From Takakia lepidozioides (lineage: Eukaryota > Plantae > Bryophyta): a DNA stretch of 64,000 nt. The position numbers and the translations under genes were made by a program. The notes beneath the pieces were generated by a model, which saw only the letters and a list, made by a program, of their open reading frames with translations, had not been told where the DNA came from and made no database searches. The stretch is taken from NCBI GenBank assembly GCA_030704615.1, contig CM060733.1, forward strand, positions 31,806,001 through 31,870,000, written 5' to 3'. Shown in pieces: positions 1 to 13,949 of this stretch (its first letter is position 1; each line of letters starts with the position of its first letter).

Positions 1-259
1 CCCAATGGCATCAAAGATCTCCTCTGGTGTCGGCATGGCATACCTATCGGACTTGGTCTGACGATTTACAGGCCGGTAATCACCGCACATACGTCTCTCC
101 GTCCAATTGCCATAGACATCCTTCTTGGCTGGCATCATTGCGGCTGAAGCATACTCTCCCCCAGATAGCTCCACCAAACCAGCCTCCCAAAGGTCCTGAG
201 AGGATACTTTCAAGCAATACAGGCAGGTTGAAGCTGACCAAGAGAGGCACATCCTGGAG

Positions 260-629
260 TTGCAACAAACGGTCATGGCCAATAGAAATGAAATCTCTGT
301 CGCTAACAAGGCTTGGAAGGAAGCCAATAATCTGCTTGCTGCCTATGCGAATTTGGTTGAACCTCATGCGAAGCGCATTGAGGCTTTACAACAGCAGTTA
401 GATATGTACAAACTCAGAGAGGAGCAGACTCTCAGAGGTACCACAAGCAACTTGGTGGATAGCCACCTTATGCAGGTCTGGTTAGCACAAGGGCCAGTGG
501 AGGGCAAAGCACCACGAAAGCTCACCCAAACCGAGATGAATGAGCTCAGACTGCAAGTGCAGAACATTGCCACAACTACTATAGACAATGTCTATAGTAG
601 AATAGCGGAGTTACAGGAGGATGTAGACG
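260..629 (+). CDS. Fragment of a coiled-coil ORF probably belonging to a Ty3/Gypsy element; cut at ~629 by a MULE end
   Basis: 261-629 is nearly identical to 39723-40091, which is fused to a Gypsy RT. Identity stops exactly where the MULE terminus begins. Confidence 0.55.
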
Positions 630-867
630 GGGGGTTGCTATTCCATGAGCTCATGAGCGGGCATGGCTAACCCATGAGCCGCAAAGTAACACACTTCGAA
701 TTTCGGCAGATTTTTTTCGGGCCAAAAACTATAAAATAATCAAAAATCGAAGATTTCCGCGCTCATGCTGGAAGCACTCCGCTCATGAGTACCAGTGTAC
801 GCTCATGACTTGGAGCCCAGGCTCATGGACCGCCAGGCCAGGTCATAGAATAACAGAATTCTGGGCA

Positions 868-1340
868 ATAACGGCACCGAAATTATCCCAGAGGCAGAGA
901 CGCAAGCGGAATTAGGATCCGGGTTTGCAGACTCCGAAAACGCAATGGCGACCTATAACCGTGGATAGTACTATTGCAGAAGTGCAGGATGGTTGGGTAT
1001 AACGACGCCGTAATTGGGCACAGGAAAAGAAATAGCGCGCTGAAGGCTCGGGAGTGAAGCCAACAACGGTGAAAGTAATTGGGCTCTGCCAACCAAATAC
1101 CCGGCTGCATCCTCCGGAGTGCAGGCGATAACGGCGCCGAAATGGGCCCCGGAAACCAAATACTCGGCTGAAGCCACCGGAGTGCAGCCGATAACGGCGC
1201 CGAAATTGGGTCCGGAAACCAAATACCCGGCTGAAGGCTGGGGATTGCAACCAATAACGGCGCCGAAATTGACCTGCGGAAACAAAATTCTCGGCTGAAG
1301 CTTCCGCACTCCATGTAATAACGGCGCCGAAATTGGGCGT
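868..1340. repeat. Subterminal tandem repeat, ~63-bp unit (ATAACGGCGCCGAAATT core)
   Basis: Core recurs at about 868, 999, 1128, 1191, 1254 and 1318. Confidence 0.85.
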
Positions 1341-1455
1341 CGGAGAGCAAATACCCGCCTTACGGTGAGGGAGGCCTTGCTCTCATTTTGCTCTTCACTC
1401 TTCTCTGTTGTGCCCATCTCCTCCCTGCTTTGAGTTCGTGCTGTGTCGTGAGGCC

Positions 1456-2007
1456 ATGTCGTGCCTGAATCACATCTATCGACGCCAGACGGGAGTCATT
1501 TTCCCGAAAGCAGACGACATCATTGTCTTCCTGGATGTTTACAGGGACGATCCTCGACTTGTCCAGCTGAGAGCAATGGAGTTTCTTCCAGGATTGCACG
1601 ATTCTCCTGGACCCCGGCTGGGGAGCAGGTGGTTCCTACGCATCATGGACCTGGACTTTCCGCATGTGTGGGAGCCGAACAGATCACGCACAGCGTTGCT
1701 GTATCGCTGGAATTGTTGCGAGTGGACGTATGATGAGTGCATAGGTGAAAACTTTACGCGTGGACGGACTGGCTCGGAAAGTGGGGACATTCTCTTCAGT
1801 TATGAGGATGAGGAGGAGGGGAACACAGGGCCCACTGTGAAAATGTCCTTCTACCAAGGGGGCGCTATCGATAAACACGACATCCTCGTTAGTTTCAGCC
1901 GGGCGACAGAAACCACTGACATTTTGTTCAAATATAGGCACCCGGTCACTGAGGAGGTCCTTGAGAGGCCAGTTCGAGTTCCTTCTTCTTGGGCGAGGGG
2001 ACCATAG
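1456..2007 (+). CDS. Uninterrupted 183-aa accessory ORF of unknown function inside the MULE
   Basis: ATG at 1456 to stop at 2007; protein-like composition; no recognised motif. Confidence 0.45.
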   Translation: MSCLNHIYRRQTGVIFPKADDIIVFLDVYRDDPRLVQLRAMEFLPGLHDSPGPRLGSRWFLRIMDLDFPHVWEPNRSRTALLYRWNCCEWTYDECIGENFTRGRTGSESGDILFSYEDEEEGNTGPTVKMSFYQGGAIDKHDILVSFSRATETTDILFKYRHPVTEEVLERPVRVPSSWARGP

Positions 2008-2149
2008 GTCTTGCATGCTAGAGTAGACATGTTTCAACTTGCTGACACTCATGGCACATACATTTTCATTCAGAAATCAAGCAGCTTCCCTGTGCCATAT
2101 GGGGAATATACAGGCTTCGATAATCTTCTGTTAATGTTATTTGCAATTC

Positions 2150-2649
2150 NNNNNNNNNNNNNNNNNNNNNNNNNNNNNNNNNNNNNNNNNNNNNNNNNNN
2201 NNNNNNNNNNNNNNNNNNNNNNNNNNNNNNNNNNNNNNNNNNNNNNNNNNNNNNNNNNNNNNNNNNNNNNNNNNNNNNNNNNNNNNNNNNNNNNNNNNNN
2301 NNNNNNNNNNNNNNNNNNNNNNNNNNNNNNNNNNNNNNNNNNNNNNNNNNNNNNNNNNNNNNNNNNNNNNNNNNNNNNNNNNNNNNNNNNNNNNNNNNNN
2401 NNNNNNNNNNNNNNNNNNNNNNNNNNNNNNNNNNNNNNNNNNNNNNNNNNNNNNNNNNNNNNNNNNNNNNNNNNNNNNNNNNNNNNNNNNNNNNNNNNNN
2501 NNNNNNNNNNNNNNNNNNNNNNNNNNNNNNNNNNNNNNNNNNNNNNNNNNNNNNNNNNNNNNNNNNNNNNNNNNNNNNNNNNNNNNNNNNNNNNNNNNNN
2601 NNNNNNNNNNNNNNNNNNNNNNNNNNNNNNNNNNNNNNNNNNNNNNNNN
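2150..2649. other. Assembly gap (500 N)
   Basis: Run of N characters. Confidence 1.
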
Positions 2650-3017
2650 TTCCGTTCTGGAGAGTATAAAGGTTTCCCCGGACGGAAACTCGGTGCCGCC
2701 ATTTCCGTCGCTCTGGTGCATGACCAAGATGCAATACGGAAATGCGCGCCGTATTTCCGTCCACCGGCAATCGAAAGAATCAATCGGGACGGGAAATTTG
2801 GAACCTGAATGGGTTGCATTGTTCCGAAACAACACAATTGCGGCCAATCTTGATGAGCACAACTTGGTTGTCTGACCGTTTTAACCAGCAGTCCTGGCAC
2901 TTGTCAGTGCAAATGTTCCTGTCTGCACCGAGAATACTGCTGGATCACCCTCAGGAGAAACTGTCAGGAGATGTTATTTCGTCGCCGAATCGGCCATCAT
3001 TGTCATACTCACTGGCT

Positions 3018-6000
3018 ATGGAATCAAACCTCCCACCTTCATGCATGTAGCTTGAAACAATACTTTCCACTTCAATGTGCGACTTCCAATCGTCGATGGA
3101 GCTCCGCATGGTGCCTGTGAGCCTTGGTCTGTCGCTATAACACCTGAACCTCGCACTTGCCAACTCCGTGCAGTGTTCGATGGCTCCGAATTCCTACGCT
3201 ATAGTTTGCTGTCCTCCACCGCAACTTGGGAGAGCCTGGATCCCAAACGAGGGAGGACTTTGCAGAGTGACTGAACTTACCTTTGTTCCAAATTCAAGCT
3301 CAAACCGGGCACAGTTTATTTGGAAGAAGAAAGGAAGGATGTTCCTGGACAGGTTGACGAGACCATTGTCGTGCTAGGTAACGACGGAGGTTGCGGAATC
3401 GAATGGCACGTTCCCCCGTCAGACCCATCCTGTACCGAGCTGTGGGAATGCCCATTCCCTTTCCGAATCAGTCGCTGCCCCACACCATCCACAAAGGAGT
3501 CCGGAAACCGACAGGCGGCCACTGCCAACAGAGAGGTATGCAACGATAATCATTCCCGACCTGGACCGTCAAGACCCTCCATAGCTTCTCGTGTGGACGT
3601 ATTCGACATTTCCGACGAGGAAGATGATTGCATTGAGGTACCCATGTCCTCACACGGTCGTTCAAATCCGGCATGGACGTCTCTGTAGGTGCTACGCATG
3701 TGCCCCTCGAGCATAACTCCAACCCGGTCCATTGTGCAGCTCCTACGACAACATCACCTGATGGTTCTCGCTCCGAGCTGGCTGCTCTCGACTATGCCAA
3801 ATTCCCAGTCAGAAAGGTAACGTTTCTGCCTCCCGAAGTCGATGGCAATGTCATCTTCGAGTTTCCACCTGTTTCTTCGTCAAAGAAATCCTCCGGATGT
3901 TAACAGACATGGATCGAAAGCATGACGGACACCCCTGGTGTGTGACGAAGACCAGTAGCACGAAAATTGCTGATGGTGTTCATGTACGATATGTCCTCTG
4001 TGCGGGGAAGCTGAGTGCCTCAATCCACCTGCTTCCACTTTCTCTCCAAAGGAGGGCGGAGAAACGAGACGGATTGGACTGGCACAACGCATCATCCATT
4101 CATTGTCTCCAGCCAAGCTCCTGCGGGTTCTTTCAAGTGTGCACATTGCAAAGAACACCGACGTGCATGTCCATGTGCAGAGCCAAGCAATACTACGTTA
4201 TCCATTTGCTCCCGGACTTGACTAGAGCTTGCATACACGTTGGGGTCCACTGCCACCCCTTGGCGAGAGGCAACATGCGTGAGGCTGTGCAGGAAGCACA
4301 CGACATCATAAAAGAGGAGGTCAAATTGAGCCCCGGAGCCAGACCAAAGCAGATTCAGCTGAAGGCAGCCCACAAGATTGCTCTTGGCAAAATCATGTCT
4401 GAAGATGGTTCCGACCGAGAGCCCTTGACCGAAGACGAGATGCGTGACCTCTTGGAGTCCGTCTCGCACGTTTGTAGTCCGAATGTGCGGAATCACATCG
4501 TATCTTGCAAGCAGGAGTTCGGCAGGGGGTCGGACATGTACTCAATCCTGGAGGTGAAACGAATGACTGGATATGACTACATCCAAGGTAGCAGGTTTCC
4601 AGGGCAAAGCAGCGAATCCGATCGTTGTTACATTTTCAAAATGTCGACGTGTGGGCCTGGGAGTGGAGTCGACTTGGTCACTCGCATGACAACTGGAAAC
4701 TTGTCGAATGCTTGGGTGATGTTTGATCACATCAAGCGAATTACAAACCATCAGTGGGTGACTATGGGTGCGCATGTTTATGACTATCACTCCAAGAGGC
4801 TCATGACGATTGCAATCTGCGAGATGAAAGGGGAGGACACACAGTCCGAGATGCATCTGTGGGAGGGCATAAACCAGCAGATGGCAAGGGCGGGATTGCC
4901 AGAGCCCAATTTCAGGGGATTCATGGCAGACAACGCTCAGGCCAACTGGGCAGCGGTGCGGCGTGTGTACGGTGAGGACCCCAATGTTCCAATGGAGGGG
5001 AAAGAGAGATCCTGTGGATTCCATTGGATGCAGAGTCTATCCCACTACACTACCAAATTTGTTGCTAGCTCATTCCAGGCTGAACACCGTGTCCTTTGTA
5101 CGGCGTGGAAGGATGCACCCACATTTGATGACGCGGAGGTTAAGTTTGCTATCATCGAGGCTTGGTAGAACACGTCAGGTGCAGTGGAGACAACCAATCT
5201 GGGAGCATTGCACAGCTGGTTGGGGTGGTGGCATTTTCGGTATCGACAGTTCGGACAGTACATGCGGGAGGTAGGCTGCTGTCATTTTCGTTCATTTGTT
5301 TTTCTGTTACGGACATTTCGATTGGTCCCTCACCATTGTTTGTGTCCTTCTAGGAGCGGTGCTTGGATTCCGACACGGACATGCCGAACACGAATATGGC
5401 AGAATCGGTCCACTCCTCCTGGCGAGCGTCTTCTGCCGCACATCTGGTGGACGTAGTCACGGCCACAACGGAGGACATCGACAGAGCAATCATGCAGCAA
5501 GCCACGTACTACAAGTTCTTGAGCGGCAAACAATGGGGCTTTGGGCCGGACAGGGAGGAATTGTTGGTACGAACAGCTTCGAGGTCCAAGAATCCAGTGA
5601 AATGGGCGACAGCATTGCGAGAGAAGATCAAAGGGACGCCTCTGCACCGCAGAGGTGAACACCTAGAGGGGGACGTCCGGACTCGCCCTGTCAGGCGGAG
5701 GATTGAAGAGGAACCCGGGTGCGAAGAGGATTCCTGGAGATCCGACAGGAACATTCGGACAGCACCTCGAGGTCCCGTCATGTTGCCCACAATGTGTCTT
5801 CCAGCAGTGGAAGCCCAAGAAATTCCAGATCGCCGTCGCCTTCAACCGGGGATTTCGTGCAACAAATTCCCACCGCTCCCTTGCCCCACATTCCGCCCGC
5901 TGTTATGCAGTATGGCCAAGCCATTGTGTAGACGACTGTGTCTGCATCACAGTGGAGAATTGCTCGCACAAAGCCGTCGTTTCGAGGAAGGTGTTCCGCA

Positions 6001-6781
6001 ATTCGTGTGGATACACGGCAACGTTGTTTAGAGATGATAAGGAGGAATCCAGATGGGCTGTCCCTGCTCCTACTTTTACAGGAAGATTTGTCCATGCAAA
6101 GTTTGCGGAGGCGACAACCACCCAGTTCTGGTTCTGCAGGCACGACATTATGACTTGCGTGTATGGAAAGCCCAAGTACGGCATACAAACAATGCCAGAG
6201 GCTCCCCCGGTGTGGCCGGTGGAACCAGGCTGCGATCTGAGTCAGGTTGAGGCCGACGCCCTTACCGCCGCAGGATTTCGGATGGTGCAGCGCACTGACG
6301 TCCCCAGACAACCATTTCCGCTTCCACATCCTCCACCACTGACCCCTGTGAGAGCAAGAACAATGGGACACGACAGCTCTAAGCATCCTACACACCGTTG
6401 GGGAAACCGAAGAGGCGGCGACCTCCCTCAAAAGTGAACGAGACAAGGATGGGGAATGCACTTCGGATGAACTGTACAATCCAGAGCTCGACAGAAGTGC
6501 CCCCACCAGGATTCGGGCGTTTGTATCAGATGGCCACGGCGGGCTCAGCTGTTCGCAATGAGGTGTACACCATCACCATTTCAGAATTACCCACCTGCAA
6601 TTGCACCGACTTCCAGATCATGGCGAACAAGGGGGCATCATACTGCCCTTGCAAGCATTTGTACTACGTGTACCTAAAGAGACTCCGTTGTAATTCCACA
6701 ACTCATCACTTCATACATGCACTAGGGTTGAGCCCCCAGGAGGTTCACACTCTTCTGAATATGGATCCAGGGGACCAGTGA
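3018..6781 (+). pseudogene. MULE transposase (GCM/WRKY-like Zn domain, DDE core, C-terminal SWIM finger), disrupted
   Basis: DGHPW...CAG...CAHC...HVGVHCHP; catalytic-type motifs MFDH, FMAD, CGFHW (CxxH) and NMAES; SWIM-like CNCTDF...CKH. GT-AG intron 5271-5353 (phase 0). Several stops and frameshifts. Confidence 0.85.
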
Positions 6782-9721
6782 GCTTGGCTTGCGGTCCACA
6801 TACAATGGTACGCCCATCCTTTTCGGATAGTAGAACTGTACTGCTGCCAGTACCTCAGACTCTGGCCACAGAAAGGTCCGACATATGTCTGCCTACCAGT
6901 AACCTGTTTTGATCGAACTAAGATATTACTATATCGTTCACTTGTTTCCACGTGCATGTATTTTTGTATGTTGGAGGGTTCATGTTTTTCTGCTTTCCGA
7001 AAAACTTGCTCTCCTCATTCGACCTCCGACAAGGAAATGCGGCGCCGAATTTCCAAGTATCGTCGTAGGTACCCCCAGAGGCGGCCTTCGCCAACACCAA
7101 ACCGCTCCGAAATTTCGCACGTGAGAACCCTAATGCGGCACCCTATTTCCCAGTTCAGTTGCAAACCTTTCCCGCCGAATACCCGAAGAAGACAGAATTG
7201 TGAAGTACTGCAGACTGTATTGGTGCAGACTCCATTGGTTCAATCGCGGCAAAAGGGTCAGCTTCATTCCAATGTTAAGGCATGTAAAACCGCGGAATAC
7301 TCTATACAGGCCAGTATGCGACGTCCTTTTGCAGTGGTATACTGGATTTCCCGTTGCACGGTCACTTATTTCCATGAGCGGATCTATAAAACCATGAGCG
7401 GACTTGTTACTGACGACATATCTTCGCCGCATTACATGATCTGGAACGTCCAAAAACGGCAAGGTCAAATAAAAAACTATTATTTTAATACTTGTTTAAT
7501 CTGCCGCATTTCCAAATTTGGAGGAGTCCGCTCATGAAATCCGCGTATCTTAGACTTCGGCTCACCGCTCATGCGGCTCATGCGGCTCATGGCTCATGGC
7601 TCATGGTTTCTGCTCATGAAATAGTAAACCTCGATCGCAGGATATGCCCAGCATGGTTGTCATAGGAGGGAGGCCCTACAAGTAATTATAGGCATTCACT
7701 ATGTCATTTCCCCAAAAAACCACCAACTGCCGAGGGCGGCGGTACCTCCATTCTCTTCTCCTCTCTCCCCGTTTGTCGACGGTTTTTGCCATGTAAGAGT
7801 CTGTTCATACCAGTGCATGGTTCTCCCGTTCTAATTCCACAGTGAGAATAGAGGCATCTTATGTCAAGAGAGGTAGGGGCAAATTTACTTTGGCAATGAT
7901 GATGGCCTAGATGGAAAATATGGATTGTTGCTGGTGCCAGCTCTAGAGGTCTGTTAGTTGTGGACAAGGATGATTGATATGCGATTGATATGCCTCTAGT
8001 AGCATGCCATATTCTCTGTTTCACTGTAGGCAGCAACCCAAGGCCCATCTGATGCCAAGCTGCCCCATTTAATCCAGCCCTGAACCACATAGTTCCCTTT
8101 CAATCTCTTCCTTCTCTTCATTTTTGAAAGGTCTTTCTAAACCGTGAGAAGTTGCTGGATTGCAGGGTTGTGTGTCATACCCCCCAATTCAACACTCGTA
8201 TTTGATGTTGAGTTTGTGGGCAAAACTTAAGAGCCTTGTTTCTCAATGACTACCAACGAGACATATATCACTGGTAAACATGTCTTTGGGAATTTGCTTT
8301 ATACTTGCTTTTTCACCAGGGGGGGGGGGGAATTCCAGGGAGGCAGTGAAGTTGGCAAAGCTCTAATGGGATGAGGGATGTGAAAGTTGGTGTTGGTTTA
8401 TTTTTCCACTAATGTGTGACACAGAAGTCGTATACTGGGCACTTCCTTACTAGCTCAGTGGGCTGAAAACTGATTGCACGACTGTTTGAACTCACCTCTC
8501 TAATGCTTTGCTTTTCCTGTTATGCCATAGGCTTGCCATGACAGCTTGGTCAAGACGAAATAAATCTGCCTGCTTGTGGATATTAGATTGCAAGATTGCC
8601 ACCACAAGTAAGTGATGTGTACGATATGGTATAATTGCAGGTCTTCCACCACAACCAAGTGGTGTAAGTATTTTACTCGTGAAATAGCTTTGAACCACCA
8701 AAACCTCCCATGTTGGTCACAGTTGACTGGAATTCTTTAATTTCGTTTTGTGGTTAGGGCAGGGTGAAGGCAGACTTGGGGTAGTGTTGCTCATGAAGGA
8801 CACATCCATACATTGGTGTGGAGGCTATAATGACAGCCATAGCCTGACACTGTAAGATTTTGGTAGAATTGCAGTGCAGCAATATGATAACGGGTCATTT
8901 ACCTGGAGATGAGAGAAAAAAACTAGATAAGATTATGATTCAATTGCAAGCTAGAGAGGGGGTGGGGAGCAAGCCAACTGATGTTCCACTGGGATGGTCT
9001 TACATGTCTCTCAACAATCTGACCACTCAATGGCGACAGCAGATGCGAGCGATTCAGAGTGGTAGAAGGGGTGAAGATGCACAGGGCCAGGTTTGCAGGA
9101 TATTGCTATGCATGCCACCCTGTCGACAACTCTACAAAGGGGCAAAGAATTGACAGGATCAAAGCGTGAATTGTACCAATATCAGTCTGGATATTGAGTG
9201 GCGTAGATGTATGCCAAATGTGGCAATATGTTGTTGTAGTTGAAGCTAGACAAAGGCCCAAGGATGTGGGTATGGGATTTTTTTTGATATAGGGATATTA
9301 CTGCAGGTTGCCAACGATGAAATCAGTGCTAATAGTTGCACACTGGAAGATATTTAGAATGGTGAAGTGCCAGACTGGGTCACTTCCCAACTTCTGGGTG
9401 CCAATGTTTTACAATCTGGAAATGAATAAATGGCCCTACTAGTGGCCAATCCACTAGTGCTTGATCACAACAGCTTATAGCATGGAGGAATTGTGAGCAT
9501 ATTTGAATATCAATGTTCATTGACAGTTGGTACCCAAAAAAATGTGAGTACATAGGGACATAAGAGTACATTTATTTGGAATGACAGGTAATACATGCAC
9601 AAGGGTAGCATATCTAATTGCCATCAACTGAATCCGTGTCTGTGAATATGGAGGTATCTGTGTCATCATCACTGACCATAGCCTCAACGTCGGTGGAGGT
9701 ATCTGTGTCTTCATGACAGAC

Positions 9722-12700
9722 CTACTGGTCAACTGGGCGTTGTACCTCGCGTCGTCGGTATGGGGTCCGGTACAATGAGGCCAACTGCTCTGGTGTCACT
9801 GTCTGAATTCGGTTGTGAGTTCGGTCAGTAGTCAATGTCTCTTGTAGTTGTTGTGGAGCTAACAAGCCTTCAACTCTTCTCAGATCATCAATAGAAATTG
9901 AGATATCACACACCACTCTCCGTGATCGGGGGCTCTTCTCCAATACAACTTTCCATTGTCGTTCCTTCACACACTCAGAGAAAAAGACTTGATCAACCTG
10001 TACTGGCAATACAAAAGGCTGTTCAATGAGACTCCACAATCAAAGGATGCCATACTCGATGTGTTCATGCCTGGGGATGTAGCCCTGTAATGGTTGCCAT
10101 ATCCTGACATACTCTTGTATGTCAAGGCATAATATGATGGGGGTCTTGAAAGATCCAGTAATTCTTGTTGTACGCCATCTTCAAGCACGTGTTCTTGAAT
10201 TCCAGATAGATGTTCCCGTACAGCATTTGGCAGCCAAGCAGCAAATGGAGGACAATCATCCATTTGTCTGGACTCCTCTTCATATTTCCTGGCACAAAAT
10301 GTCAAGGCTATTTAGCCAACACAGACTAAGCATGGGGCACTACAAAAAGATCAAATCAACAAAATATTCAGATCTGAAAGGGTGTGGACTTACTTCAACA
10401 TATCGGATATGTTTGGATGATTTTGAATGATGTAATCGTGTACAATAGCATGCAAGTCACCCAATTTCCGAGGTTTGCCAGCTCCTTCCAAAACTACGCC
10501 GGCCACAGATTCTTCCTCATCTGCATCCCACACCCTTCGTGCGGTTCCATCATATCCTACCATATACTCCGTGCAAAATCCTAGAGCTTCATAAAAAATG
10601 TATCTTTGAACCATGCTGCCCTCTTGTTTTGCCATGTTCCGGACGTACCCCTTCATTTCTTTCATTGCCCGCTCCATGGGGTACATCCAACGTGATGCCA
10701 CAGGACCACATAAATCGAGCTCGTCCACTAGGTGGACAAGCAGATGTGTCATCATATCAAAGAATGATGGTGGGAACTCTTTCTCCATTAGACAGAGAGT
10801 AACAACTGCTTCATGTTTCAACTCCTCATACTCTGCAGGATTCACTACTTTTGCACACAACCTCCTAAATACACGACATACTCGCAAAATTATAGTGCAC
10901 ACACCTGTTGCCATGAGCCCACGAATAGCCAACGGTAAAATTTGGTGCATGAACACATGGTAATCATGTGATTTCATGCCAGATAGTTTTTTCTTTACCA
11001 CGTGTTTTTTGAAAGCTGATGCGTATCATGTGGGTACTTTAAGGTTTCGCACAGTGTCCAAGAAAACTTTCAACTCAGCTTCAGTCAGAACATAAGGAGC
11101 AGGAGGCATGATTAACGTATCTGCCTTGTCTGGATGTCGTTGCAACCACAATGATGGACGCAGCCCAAGTAATTCAAGATCACGCCGAACCTTCAATGTA
11201 TCTTTCTCCCCAAAAATAGTCTTAATGATATTCTCTGCAAAGTTCTTCTCGCAATGCATAGCATCAAACGTATGCCATATGAGGAGGCCCTCCCAGTAAG
11301 GCAAGGCATATAAGATTGATAATCGCTTCACTCCGTGAGATTTGGAAGGGTCTGATGGCGTATCTGGTTTCCCCCTGCTACTATCCATGCAATCAGGTCG
11401 ATTGCACGTTTCTTTATTTGTGTTCCCGTCTGTGTTTGTGGAGCCACTCTATGCTCAACAACACCATTGAACAATCTTGATCTTCTATACGGATGGTTGT
11501 GGGCAAGAAATCTCCGATGTCCCAGGAACACAGTCTTCGAACATGCATGTAAATGCTGTGAATCCACCTCGGGTCCACAGGCTGGACAACCAGCATAACC
11601 TTTAGTAACCTGACCCGTGAGCAAGCCATATGCAGGGCAATCATGGATTGACCATAGCAGCAATGCCCGTAGCAAGAATTGGCGTTGTTGGAGAGCTTGG
11701 GAAACATCGTAAGCTATGATGCCTCTCCACAATTCCTGTAGCTCCTCTACTAGGGGCATCAAATACACATCAATGTTCGTAGATGTAACAGACTCCTTTC
11801 TAGGGATAAGGAGTGCTAACATGACAAAAAACTTCGTTGTCATCAACCATGGAGGCAAATTATAGTTGACCAACAGGATGGGCCATGTGCTCCAACTCGT
11901 GGATTGAGCACTGTATGGATTTACTCCATCTAAGGCTAATCCAAATCGTACATTTCGTGGTTCTGAAGCAAAATCCGCAAATGTGGAGTCAACGTGGGCC
12001 CAGGCTTTGCTATCAGCTGGATGTCGAACCAATCCATCCTGACTCTTATGTTTGAAGTGCCATGTCATAAGGTGCGTGATTGATTTGCATCGATACATGC
12101 GTTTCAACCTTGGGATGACAGGGAAATGTCGTAGTATTTTTCTGGGTACAGTCCCACGACCAGGAATGTAACGCGATGTCTTGCACTCCGGGCAAAATTC
12201 TGCTTTTTCATTCTCCCCACGGAAGAGTACACAGCCTTTCTCGCAGGCATGGATCTGGGTGTACTGCAATCCCATCTTCGCAATCATAGTTCTAGCTTCA
12301 TAATTAGTTTTCGGCAGAGAATTCTGTTTCGGCAAAAACTTTTGCGCAACAATCCAAGAAGCTCATCCACAAAGCCATTGGTGCACTTGTGGGTGGTGCA
12401 CAAGTTGAGCAAGTGCAAAGTAGCTTCAAATCGGCTGATCGAGCTCCCTTCGTAGAGTTTACACTGAGATTGTCGAAATAGCGTATCGTAGTTGGGGTCA
12501 ACTCCGTGACTCAGGTTTGGGCCATTCTCTGCATTCTCTGCATTGTCCATGGATTCTTCCTCGTTGGGGCTGTCTTCGGCCTGAGTTCCACCATTAATCG
12601 GATCCTCCTTGTTTGCATACGAAAACTCAAAAGCTTCCTGCAATGCTCGTTGAATTTCTGCCTCCACACCACCTTCATGATCCGTATTGTTCTCCCTTTC

Positions 12701-13356
12701 ATTAGGCCCCTGCCCAAACTCAGCCCGATCCTCCTCGTCATCAGAATCAGCATGTCCTTGCATCCCGTGTTTCCCACGGTTCATTCACAATATATGTAGA
12801 TTATGACATGTGGACAAATGTAGTCACGGCTATCACTACATCACTTCGATTTGAGCAACAACATTGTGATACATGGCAGATAGTTCTAGTGACGTAGTCA
12901 TGTTCCTATATGTGTTTATGACTACACGACTACAACTAGCCAACGACATATCGACATGTGTATGAAGGGCAGTCATAGACACAACTACATGACTACAACT
13001 CGCCAATCAACTTTCGACATGTGGAGTGGTGAAGTCATGGCTACTACTACCACACCAAAATGGTTTCAAAATTCAAACTTGGAGTTGCTAAGTCCTGAAG
13101 GACAGTGTACTTCATGTGGATGTACCGGAATAGTACAACTGCGCAAAGTTGGATCCCTCTTATGTTTGAGGTAGTGCTTCTTCACTGTTTCCAACAACTG
13201 CCATTTGGATCCATGACATTCAGTGCAATTGCAAAGCATTTTCTTGTTCCCATTTGATATGGCGTACGCCTCCTCGAGTCACTATAGTTTGTCATCTCGT
13301 AATCGCAAGCATGGCTCATATGCACCATGACGGCCGAACAGACGTTGAACGTTCAT
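9722..13356 (-). pseudogene. CACTA Tnp2/TnpD-type transposase, multi-exon, disrupted
   Basis: N-terminal CNCTEC...HYL finger; HACEKGC...CPEC; HPADSKAW...RNVRFGLALDGVNP; HDCPA; DAMHCEKN; KSHDYH; PPSFFDMMTHLLVHL...RWMYPMER. Confidence 0.92.
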
Positions 13357-13949
13357 AGCTCGTAGTATGCAATGCCCTGTAGAGTCTCTGCAACTTTGTG
13401 TCCTCAGTGCTCTCTCTACAATATATCTACCTCTTGCGGTGTGTGCTAGTGAGCTGCATGATCATTCATGGTGAAGTCGAAGGTTGTCATTGCTCCTCTC
13501 ACTGAGTACGAGAAGCTACGTGAGGCTAACATTGCCATCGTGAAGGATGCCACGGCGAAGTTGAAGCAGGACTTCGAAAGGTAAGGATCGAACAGTTCAG
13601 TGACCCAATCCTTTGATAATGCATGCACGGCTAACAGTGTGATCTCTTCCCATTTGCACAGTAGATGAGGTGTGATCGAGAGGCGGCGATGTTGGTGTGA
13701 ATGTAGAAAAGGCTTGAAAAGTGCAAGTTGAGTGTAGTTTAGGGTATAGGAGTGCATTCATAGCAATAGGCGGGAGTGAACCGCATTTGACGGGCAGCCA
13801 TTGGGACAGCGGTAAGGCACTTCATTGTTTTCCAGCTCCTTTATGAACATTAGGGTATGAGCTGCATTTGTCTTGTGTTAGTCGTTTAAGAGGGGAGATA
13901 GTCAAGTAACCTGTGGGCCGCAATGGAAGTATTTTTGCAGGATTACGGT

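Larger units (their letters stand above)
630..7632 (+). mobile_element. Mutator-like DNA transposon (MULE) with short imperfect TIRs and CATGAGC subterminal repeats; spans an assembly gap
   Basis: Left end GGGGGTTGCTATTCCATGAGC (630-650) versus reverse complement of the right end GAGGTTTACTATTTCATGAGC (7612-7632) match at 17/21. Internal DDE transposase with SWIM finger. No TSD is visible, so the two ends could come from different copies joined across the gap. Confidence 0.8.

Noticed and set aside
883-1417. Repetitive ORFs on the minus strand
   Set aside because: They are translations of the 63-bp tandem repeat.
2011-2900. Long ORFs across 2150-2649
   Set aside because: Artefacts of translating the N gap.
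630-7632. Sola-type transposon, suggested by the GAG/GGG termini
   Set aside because: The transposase has MULE motifs (CxxH, SWIM) and the related MITE has a 9-bp TSD.
7690-8420. CACTA pentamers at ~7697 and ~8407 as the left end of the large CACTA element
   Set aside because: They do not extend to CACTACTAC, lack subterminal motifs, and give no matching 3-bp TSD.
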